18,567 bases of DNA. Origin: a virus. Where the stretch lies: positions 1 through 18,567 of the IMG/VR virus record IMGVR_UViG_3300045988_002631; one strand, given 5' to 3'. This document shows, in pieces, positions 1 through 6,177 of the stretch (position 1 is the stretch's first letter; every line of letters starts with the position of its first letter). Under the pieces are notes generated by a model, which was not told the DNA's origin, did not search any database, and saw nothing but the letters and a program-made list of their open reading frames with translations. Position numbers and translations under genes: made by a program.

Positions 1-119
1 CCGACCGGTAGGTAGGTGTGTTTTAGTGTTTTGCTTTGTTTTGTTTTCGGGCGTGTTGTCCGTTTGTTTGTGTTATAGTATAATTATCCGCTTCAAGGGA
101 AAGGAAAATAAAATGATTA
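1..119. repeat. Left inverted terminal repeat, 119 bp, perfect
   Basis: nt 1-119 equal the reverse complement of 18449-18567 with no mismatch. Identity ends at nt 120 (a versus c). The extreme end reads CCGACCGGTAGGTAGGT. nt 11-50 of the top strand are almost pure G/T with repeated GTTTT units. Confidence 0.97.
56..84 (+). promoter_or_regulatory. Sigma-A/sigma-70-type early promoter inside the left ITR
   Basis: TTGTCC (56-61), 17-nt spacer, TATAAT (79-84). An overlapping TGTTATAGT extended -10 lies at 72-80. It is followed by RBS AAGGGAAAGGAAA (95-107) and ATG 113. Confidence 0.6.
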
Positions 120-313
120 ACGACACGATTATCAAGGATTACGTCGAGGACTACATTGTGAACAGTGATCGATTCATTGACGAGTTTGACGTTGATGTGA
201 TTGTTGAGAATCTGCATCATGTGGCTTTGGTCAATGACATGACCATTGAGAAATATGATGATTGTGATTCGTTCCCGTCCGATGATTTTATTGAAGCGTT
301 TGAGGAGGCGTGA
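113..313 (+). CDS. Hyperacidic 66-aa early protein, function unknown (DNA-mimic/anti-defence candidate)
   Basis: ATG 113 follows the ITR promoter and RBS. The protein MINDTIIKDYVEDY...FIEAFEEA has 13 Asp + 7 Glu against 2 Lys + 1 Arg. It is the only plus-strand gene and converges on the endolysin gene. No family recognised. Confidence 0.7.
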   Translation: MINDTIIKDYVEDYIVNSDRFIDEFDVDVIVENLHHVALVNDMTIEKYDDCDSFPSDDFIEAFEEA

Positions 314-323
314 GAGATAAAGT

Positions 324-356
324 AAAGGCCCCTAGGCCGATAACCTAGGGGCTTTC
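324..356. terminator. Bidirectional intrinsic terminator between convergent genes
   Basis: Stem GCCCCTAGG (328-336) / CCTAGGGGC (344-352) with a 7-nt loop. It is flanked by AAA(G) on one side and TTT on the other. It sits between the stop of 113-313 (+) and the stop of 368-1246 (-). Confidence 0.7.
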
Positions 357-367
357 CTTATGCCGTG

Positions 368-1246
368 CTACTGTTCTTTCACGGTGATTTTTAGACTCTC
401 TAGCTTTGCTTTCACTGCATCCTGCACAACTTTGGCGATAGTGTCGGGGTCAGCTCCCTTGGATTCGGCCAGGGTCTTGACCGCCTCGGTCAATGCCGTC
501 ACCTGAGTGATGAGCTGGCTGGTCTTGCTGTCGATACCGGCCACTCGGTCGCCCAATTTCGCTCCGCCCTGCACCGGCTGTTCCACGACCAGATTGCCCA
601 AGGCGGATGCGTGGGTCTTCTCGTCCCACCGCGATAGCCGGAAAAGCTCGGTCTTCGTGGCGTTCGCCGCCGCATCCGTACCCTGCACGCGATCACGCAT
701 TAGTACACCGTTCTGCTTGAAATTCCATACGTCTTCCGCGCTCATATCGTCTCCTCTCAGTAGTTCGTTTGCGCGATTGGTTATCCGGTCTACCGGCAGC
801 GCGTTGACGCACCTGTCGGGGCATCCATAGTGGTCTGTTCCGGGTACTTCACGGTGTAGCCATATGTTGCCGTTGAGTCCGTCGTGCCAGAGGTGCGTCC
901 AACCGTGTCGTCGTGCTATGTCTGCGCAGAGTCTGGCGGAAGCGTCCATGCACGCCTGAGTGCATGGCACACCGGCCATACCACCTTCGTGCTCGATGCT
1001 GATTGTCGAGTTGTTTGATGCGAAATTGGCGTCGCTGTAACTACCGTCATTCTCGCTTACGTACTGATGTATGGCTCCGTCTGCGCCAATGCCGTAATGT
1101 GCGCTTGCCTGTGAACCGGGGTTTAGGAATACGCTGTCTGTTCCCGCGAGATGGCCGACCATGATGTGCAGTGTTATGTGTGTCACGGCGTATCCGTTGC
1201 GTCCATTGTAGTGGTTTGGTGATCCTATCCATTTCACGCCATCCAT
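368..1246 (-). CDS. Endolysin, N-acetylmuramoyl-L-alanine amidase (Amidase_2/PGRP-type) with an unrecognised C-terminal domain
   Basis: 292 aa. The N-terminal ~165 aa carry T7-lysozyme/PGRP-like motifs: THITLHIMVG, SIEHEGG, and LHREVPGTDHYGCPD (His/His/Cys Zn-ligand pattern). RBS is AAGGAGG. The ATG overlaps the holin stop (TAATG). Confidence 0.85.
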   Translation of the reverse strand: MDGVKWIGSPNHYNGRNGYAVTHITLHIMVGHLAGTDSVFLNPGSQASAHYGIGADGAIHQYVSENDGSYSDANFASNNSTISIEHEGGMAGVPCTQACMDASARLCADIARRHGWTHLWHDGLNGNIWLHREVPGTDHYGCPDRCVNALPVDRITNRANELLRGDDMSAEDVWNFKQNGVLMRDRVQGTDAAANATKTELFRLSRWDEKTHASALGNLVVEQPVQGGAKLGDRVAGIDSKTSQLITQVTALTEAVKTLAESKGADPDTIAKVVQDAVKAKLESLKITVKEQ

Positions 1247-1608
1247 TATACCTCCTTATGTTTGCCGCTTGTGAATTGGGCGAAAATCCGCATGAATGGC
1301 GCGTCCGCCAGGTCCGGATTAATTGCGGTGATGTTTTCCAGAATCGATGTGAGTTCGATCAAACAAATTCCGCCTACCGTGCAGACGAACACGGACACCG
1401 GTAGTCCCAAGTCAACATGCAGATTAATCTCGTCGATAAACCATGCTGTCAGTACGAGGATGAGGTAGGCGAACTTGTGCCCTAACCCCTCCCGCATTTT
1501 TTTTGAACTCAGATTATCTTGCATGATGGCTTTCGCCACGCCGGTTACGTAATCGGTGGTGATGAAGAACGTGACTGCGATGGTACACCATACGTCCGCT
1601 GTTGTCAT
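1246..1608 (-). CDS. Holin (Phage_holin_4_1-like)
   Basis: 120 aa with multiple hydrophobic segments. It has the DYVTGVAKA motif typical of the LL-H/TcdE-type holin family and a charged C-terminus. It lies immediately upstream of, and overlaps, the endolysin gene. RBS is GGAAGGAA. Confidence 0.8.
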   Translation of the reverse strand: MTTADVWCTIAVTFFITTDYVTGVAKAIMQDNLSSKKMREGLGHKFAYLILVLTAWFIDEINLHVDLGLPVSVFVCTVGGICLIELTSILENITAINPDLADAPFMRIFAQFTSGKHKEV

Positions 1609-1623
1609 TGTTGCTGTTCCTTC

Positions 1624-2691
1624 CTATTTTCCTAACAGTTCTCCGATGATCAAACCAAAATCGGCCTTGACTTGTGAGTCGTCGAACCGTATTTTGCCAA
1701 GTCGATAGCCGGTAGTGAGTCGCCTTATTATATCATCTGACTTTTTAACATACCATGTTTTTTCGTCAACGTGGTTCGGGTCAAGCGTGTATGTCGGCCG
1801 GTTATTGTCTTTGGGGATACGTCGTGAAACATATTGTGAAACACGTCCGTCCGTATCCGAAACGGTTATCCAAATACCGAAACGTGCATAGTCGGTAGTG
1901 TCCAGCACATATGACAGTTCGCCGTCACTGGGGATTGGCGCTATCAAAGTGTCCGACTCGTCGCGGAACTTGTTGCGTATCGCATAGTCGGCGTAGTCGC
2001 CGTCGTACCGCTCCAAGAATCTGCCGAACTTTGACTTGGCGACTTTGGCCGAGAAACCGCCATAGTCAGCAAGTTCGAGACAGATAAAACCACCGCAATA
2101 CAACTTGTATTGTTGCTGTTTGGCCTGCTGTGCGCCAATGTCCAACCGGTATTTGGCGAAATATGGATTAGCCTTTTGAACCGCGTTCGATAGGAATAGA
2201 ACTTTTGTTCTATCCTGCCAACGATCTACCGTATTATAGAACTCGCTGAACGAGTTCACTTCATTGCTTAAAAATCGCAGATTGTCGGGGAAAATCTCGT
2301 CGAAAATAATAAGATGCACTTTCGGATAGGCTACCGACTTGAGTCCGCCCGCTTGAGAGAGCGCGACGAAATAACAGCATGTCCTCCAGTCCTTTTCATC
2401 CCACGACGCCTTATGAATCTGCCCTTTTTCGCCGTTGACACGAAACTCGTACGAGGGAAAGAACTCCTGAATGTCCTTGAAAAAGGTCTCTTTCCTATGC
2501 TGTTCCACGTCGGTTCGGCGCAAATAAATGAACTCATGGCCGTGCTTGATATATTCTTTGATGCCATACCGTTTAGCGGCGAACGTCTTGCCTAGGCCAC
2601 GCGCGCCGATTATGAAATTCCATGGGGCGTTTCGCGTCAACAGATTATGCAGATCGTAATAATCGCCTTCGTCAAGCGTCTGCAATGTCAT
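1624..2691 (-). CDS. DNA packaging (encapsidation) ATPase, phi29 gp16-type
   Basis: Start set at ATG 2691, with AGGAGGG 8 nt upstream. Walker A is NFIIGARGLGKT and Walker B is HLIIFDE. The N-terminus matches remembered phi29 gp16 spacing (NFVIGARGIGKS...FIYVRR versus NFIIGARGLGKT...FIYLRR). The in-frame extension to 2790 runs through a 14-bp hairpin and lacks an RBS. Confidence 0.9.
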   Translation of the reverse strand: MTLQTLDEGDYYDLHNLLTRNAPWNFIIGARGLGKTFAAKRYGIKEYIKHGHEFIYLRRTDVEQHRKETFFKDIQEFFPSYEFRVNGEKGQIHKASWDEKDWRTCCYFVALSQAGGLKSVAYPKVHLIIFDEIFPDNLRFLSNEVNSFSEFYNTVDRWQDRTKVLFLSNAVQKANPYFAKYRLDIGAQQAKQQQYKLYCGGFICLELADYGGFSAKVAKSKFGRFLERYDGDYADYAIRNKFRDESDTLIAPIPSDGELSYVLDTTDYARFGIWITVSDTDGRVSQYVSRRIPKDNNRPTYTLDPNHVDEKTWYVKKSDDIIRRLTTGYRLGKIRFDDSQVKADFGLIIGELLGK

Positions 2692-2713
2692 GCTTGCAAC
2701 CCTCCTAAAACTA

Positions 2714-2749
2714 GTGGAGGGCGTGCGCCATGACTCGCACGCCCTCCAC
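2714..2749 (-). terminator. GC-rich 14-bp hairpin plus U-run directly upstream of the ATPase RBS (terminator/attenuator)
   Basis: GTGGAGGGCGTGCG (2714-2727) pairs perfectly with CGCACGCCCTCCAC (2736-2749), with an 8-nt loop. On the minus strand it is followed by UAGUUUUAGGAGGG, so the U-run merges into the SD. Confidence 0.55.
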
Positions 2750-2809
2750 CAACCTATCATTGGCAGCCGTTCAAGGGGAAAGGTCATCATACAACCACTG
2801 CCACTATTA

Positions 2810-2818
2810 AGTATACCA
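2810..2818 (-). promoter_or_regulatory. Possible extended -10 element TGGTATACT
   Basis: The minus strand reads TGGTATACT, beginning 5 nt after the tail-lysin stop codon. No convincing -35. Confidence 0.3.
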
Positions 2819-2823
2819 CACTT

Positions 2824-4047
2824 TTAGAACGCGGGAGGATTAGACTTGCCACCCCACACACTCAGCAATGAATATGCCTGATTGTATCTCGTCGTATATG
2901 GCCCGAACGGATATGTGGCGAGAATATTGCTTTTGAGCTGTGCGAGGTTCGAAGCTTTCGGCACCTTCAACGCGTTCGCCGGTGATTGGTGGTATGCCGT
3001 CACCCAAAGAATCTGCATTTTCGTGTCACTATACTCTTTGGGGTATCCTGCGTAGTCTTCCGCGAACTGCTTGCGTTGTCCGTCACGTGACTCGTTCCGT
3101 CCCGCCCATGCGCGGAACGCTGCCGCTTCCGCCGAGGTGAGCGAACGTTTGAACGTGCCGCCCGACTCCATAAGCGATGCGATTTCAGGCGCGGACGCCT
3201 TGAACGTCGCATATCCGGCTGGGTCGGCGGCTTTCATGGCGTTGAGCACTTGCAGGCGGCGTTCGAAACTCCATTGCGCAATGCCAATACCTTGCAGGTT
3301 CGCCGCTTCGACAGCATCCCAGCGCAACCCCGCTTCGACTGTGCCAACCACGTAGAGGGCGTAGGAGTTCTCTGCCGACAAAGACACGGAGGGATGCGCC
3401 TGTCCGTTGTCGCTGGACGGCTGGGATTGTGACGCTTTTTCGGAAAAATTGTTGGCGGTTGTCTTGTAAAAGATGCGTGTCCGCGTTCCGGCATTATCGG
3501 ACTCGTGCAAGTAGAGGTTGTCGCCTTGCCAGTGGATCCATGCGCCACCGCGCGCGGAGTCGGGGGAACCGTGGCTATTGTCTCCTGTCGGGTTATTTTC
3601 CGTCGAGGTCGTGCCACCACCTTCGCCAAGTGCTTTGGGGTGAAGGTAGCCTAGGAATGCCGTCAAGTCGAAACTCATGCGTTGCGCGGGATTAGGGTTT
3701 TGCGATAAGACGGTGATCCGTCCGTTATGTACGCCATCCTCCACGACAATGCTCACGTGCGATCCGGTATGTTGGCTTGAGAAATTCCAAAAAGCCACGT
3801 CACCTTTTACGGGACTGTAGTCGGCGGGTTTCTTCTCGAAAATAGCAGCCATCTTCGCGTTGGTGGGGAAGCGCGAGTAGTTTCCTTCCGCATAGCCGGT
3901 TGGCGTGATGCAGTCACTTACGGACGCGCCGTATAAGTCCATGCAGTATTTGGCCCACAAGTCCCAGCATTGGGCCCCGTAGGCCCCGTCCATATCCCAG
4001 TAGCGGTCTTGAGTTTGTTTAACCCAATCATCAAAAGTAATAGCCAT
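2824..4047 (-). CDS. Tail-associated peptidoglycan hydrolase: N-terminal CHAP peptidase plus C-terminal lysozyme-like domain (functional analogue of phi29 gp13)
   Basis: 407 aa. CHAP signature: YGAQCWDLWAKYC (catalytic Cys) ... GDVAFW ... GSHVSIVV (His). A Gly/Ser/Thr/Asn-rich linker spans about residues 140-230. The C-terminus contains GIGIAQWSFERRLQVL, which I recall as typical of the phage tail lysozyme family (Phage_lysozyme2). It sits between the appendage and ATPase genes. Confidence 0.75.
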   Translation of the reverse strand: MAITFDDWVKQTQDRYWDMDGAYGAQCWDLWAKYCMDLYGASVSDCITPTGYAEGNYSRFPTNAKMAAIFEKKPADYSPVKGDVAFWNFSSQHTGSHVSIVVEDGVHNGRITVLSQNPNPAQRMSFDLTAFLGYLHPKALGEGGGTTSTENNPTGDNSHGSPDSARGGAWIHWQGDNLYLHESDNAGTRTRIFYKTTANNFSEKASQSQPSSDNGQAHPSVSLSAENSYALYVVGTVEAGLRWDAVEAANLQGIGIAQWSFERRLQVLNAMKAADPAGYATFKASAPEIASLMESGGTFKRSLTSAEAAAFRAWAGRNESRDGQRKQFAEDYAGYPKEYSDTKMQILWVTAYHQSPANALKVPKASNLAQLKSNILATYPFGPYTTRYNQAYSLLSVWGGKSNPPAF

Positions 4048-4073
4048 GCCACCATTATAGTGGCATGGCTATT
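4039..4073 (-). promoter_or_regulatory. Perfect 14-bp hairpin enclosing the tail-lysin start codon
   Basis: 4039-4052 (AATAGCCATGCCAC) pairs perfectly with 4060-4073 (GTGGCATGGCTATT), with a 7-nt loop. On the minus-strand RNA the 3' arm contains AUG 4047. The loop reads UAUAAUG, and ACUUUUGA follows the stem. Confidence 0.6.
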
Positions 4074-4088
4074 GTTTAGGATGGTCCA

Positions 4089-5999
4089 TCAGCTTTCGTA
4101 AAGATAGCCGTCAGAAGGGCGTACCCTGATTTTCCATGCGCTCTTAAAATTGCGATTGACACGCAAGTAGAGCCTGTACTTTTCGTCCGGCAAGGTGACG
4201 TTTTTGTTATCTCCTGTGGTTATGTCGCCATTCTGCCCATTGGAGTAGGCCCAAATGATGCGTGCATGATCTTTGTCGAGCACAAAGGACGCATGTACTG
4301 CGACACTATCATCATTGCCAACAGCGGGCGTCCTGGTGTCGGTCGAGTCAAAAGCCACCGTGTCTCTATTGTCTTGGTAGAAGCCACCGAAGGTGGCGCC
4401 ATTACGTCGCACGCCCGCGATAATGCCGACCTGTCCGGCCTTCTTGTTATCCTCCCACGGTTCGATATCCGTGCTTTCCTTGACGGCCACGACTGCGATG
4501 TTGCGTGTATCTCCAGCCGTACCGATCTGCACGCGGCTCATGAAGCCTTCGAGGTCGATTGACACCGGCAAAGTCACCTGTCCAACCTCAACGAGTTCGA
4601 CGGCCATCTGTCCGTCAGCGTCTCCGAGTTGGAATAGTCCGTCCGGCGCCAAGTACGTGCTTTTGGCTCTGTCAGCGTCCGAAATGTCAACATAAGCTTG
4701 CTGTCCGTACGCTTGGAAACGTGTTGGACGGATGAAAGTATTTTCGCCGGTGCTGAATGGCGTGAAGTTGCGGCACATCTGTTTTGTCGCATAATCCGGC
4801 CAATTGGAGGTGATGCCATCCACTCCAAGCGCGGTGACTCGCTCATATGCCACTGGGTCGTTGATGAGCCACGGATTGATTTTGACGCCCGCCGAATGCG
4901 CGGCGCTGACCATCGAAGAAGTGAGTTTGTCTTCATGCGGGTTGCCGCAGAAAATGCCGGCATTCTTCATGTCAGTCCAAGAGTGCGGCATGGCGTCCAC
5001 ATCCCACGTGTATGACACGTATTTCGCTCCGCCTTGCACTGCGCGGACGCATTGTTCCCAGCTGAACGAAGTCAATTCGTGGATTGCGGTTGCATTATAC
5101 TTGCGTAGCAGTTCCAGCATGGCGTCGGTGGTGGCGTTGTCCAGTGACTTGATTTCAAAATCAACCGGACTGTCACCCACGGCTTGGAGCACCTGCTCCA
5201 TGCTTACCGGCTTGCCGGTATTGCCGCCATGCACTTTAGCCTTGACCTCTCGGCTCATGAAGTCCTTGCAGGTGATGGCGGAGACATTGGCTGCGGAGCC
5301 TGTCATGGTGCGGGCGGTGGAGGTGTCGTGTAGGATTACGGGTATGCCGTCCGACGTGAGTTGCACGTCGATTTCTGGAACGTATCCGTGACGTACCGCC
5401 CACATGATTCCCTCCATTGTGTTTTCGGGGAAACGGTACGAGCCACGGTGCGCGTGGATAATGAAGTGCGAGTCAAGCTTGCTGTCTACACGCGCGTCCG
5501 CGAGTTCATCGACTTTGGCTGCGGTGTTGTCCAGCTTGGTTTTTTGTGCTGTGGCGTCAACGGTTGAGCTTGCTCCAAGTGCGGTGAGGATTGTTGTGTT
5601 GTTGTCGGCCTTGCTTATGGCGGTTACTGCGTCCGATCCCGCTTTGTCCCATTTGGTTTTATTGGCGGTGGCGTTCGCTGTGGTGTCAGCTCCCAACGCG
5701 GCAAGGATCGCCGTGTTGTTGTCGGCCTTACCTGCGGCAGCGGTAGCGTCCGACTCCGCCTTGTCCCACTTGTTTTTCGCTGCGGTGGCGCTATCGACGG
5801 TGTTGTCGCCAATTAGCGCCTTGACCACTTCCTCGTCATGTGTTTCACGCGACTCCATACCCTCAATGCGATTGAGGTGCGTTTCCAAAGTCGTATCAAT
5901 GGTGCGCATGGAGTTGTTGTAGCCGTCGCGCAAGTCTGCGGGGTCGGTGTCTCCGTAGAGGTTGAGGGCGTAATTATCGGTCTTGGTGTAGGTGGTCAT
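4089..5999 (-). CDS. Tail appendage/receptor-binding protein with glycerophosphodiester phosphodiesterase (GDPD) domain
   Basis: 636 aa. It has an N-terminal fibre-anchor motif (LNLYGDTDPADLRDGYNNSMRTID) and 2.4 copies of a 39-aa repeat. The GDPD signature is IIHAHRGSYRFPENTMEGI...PEIDVQLTSDGIPVILHD...GVDGITSNWPDY (about residues 178-403, nt 4791-5468). A beta-rich C-terminal domain of ~230 aa follows. Its ATG overlaps the upstream stop (ATGA). Confidence 0.85.
   Translation of the reverse strand: MTTYTKTDNYALNLYGDTDPADLRDGYNNSMRTIDTTLETHLNRIEGMESRETHDEEVVKALIGDNTVDSATAAKNKWDKAESDATAAAGKADNNTAILAALGADTTANATANKTKWDKAGSDAVTAISKADNNTTILTALGASSTVDATAQKTKLDNTAAKVDELADARVDSKLDSHFIIHAHRGSYRFPENTMEGIMWAVRHGYVPEIDVQLTSDGIPVILHDTSTARTMTGSAANVSAITCKDFMSREVKAKVHGGNTGKPVSMEQVLQAVGDSPVDFEIKSLDNATTDAMLELLRKYNATAIHELTSFSWEQCVRAVQGGAKYVSYTWDVDAMPHSWTDMKNAGIFCGNPHEDKLTSSMVSAAHSAGVKINPWLINDPVAYERVTALGVDGITSNWPDYATKQMCRNFTPFSTGENTFIRPTRFQAYGQQAYVDISDADRAKSTYLAPDGLFQLGDADGQMAVELVEVGQVTLPVSIDLEGFMSRVQIGTAGDTRNIAVVAVKESTDIEPWEDNKKAGQVGIIAGVRRNGATFGGFYQDNRDTVAFDSTDTRTPAVGNDDSVAVHASFVLDKDHARIIWAYSNGQNGDITTGDNKNVTLPDEKYRLYLRVNRNFKSAWKIRVRPSDGYLYES
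5505..5804 (-). repeat. In-frame tandem repeat, 117-bp (39-aa) unit, about 2.4 copies, in the appendage shaft
   Basis: Copy 1 is KNKWDKAESDATAAAGKADNNTAILAALGADTTANATAN. Copy 2 is KTKWDKAGSDAVTAISKADNNTTILTALGASSTVDATAQ. A partial third copy begins KTKLDNTAAK. Confidence 0.85.
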
Positions 6000-6166
6000 T
6001 GGTTGCCTTCCTTGTTTTCGCGCACCAGTATTTCGAGCTGGTGCATTTTCTGGTCAATGATTCGCATGGCCTGATTGTATCCGTCCCTTAAATCCGTTGG
6101 CGTGGTGTCGGTATACAAGGGTAGGTCGAGGTGGTTTGTGTGTCCGTATTGTCCATTGTCTGCCAT
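5996..6166 (-). CDS. 56-aa protein consisting only of a fibre N-terminal anchor motif plus a short helix
   Basis: Not in the ORF track (under 60 aa). ATG 6166 has TAAGGAC upstream. The protein is MADNGQYGHTNHLDLPLYTDTTPTDLRDGYNQAMRIIDQKMHQLEILVRENKEGNQ. Its stop overlaps the appendage ATG (ATGA). It shares LY-DT-P-DLRDGYN--MR-ID with the appendage N-terminus. Confidence 0.6.
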   Translation of the reverse strand: MADNGQYGHTNHLDLPLYTDTTPTDLRDGYNQAMRIIDQKMHQLEILVRENKEGNQ

Positions 6167-6177
6167 TGGTATTGTCC

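Noticed and set aside
26-112. GTG-26 extension gives both terminal ORFs a shared 29-aa hydrophobic leader (MFCFVLFSGVLSVCLCYSIIIRFKGKENK), mirrored at 18456-18542. An AGGTG lies 7 nt upstream of the GTG.
   Set aside because: On a linear genome there is no room for a promoter upstream of nt 14. The only good promoter (56-84) lies inside the extension, so the mRNA cannot contain GTG-26. ATG-113 has its own strong RBS.
2692-2790. N-terminal extensions proposed by the ORF track for the ATPase (to 2790), tail knob (to 10799), scaffold (to 12922), p6-like gene (to 16490), 79-aa gene (to 18057), 172-aa gene (to 16956), connector (GTG 8478) and 168-aa gene (TTG 6708).
   Set aside because: In each case an internal ATG has a canonical SD at proper spacing. 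The extension runs through terminator hairpins or promoter elements, or overlaps the upstream gene. For the ATPase, the shorter form matches phi29 gp16 N-terminal spacing.
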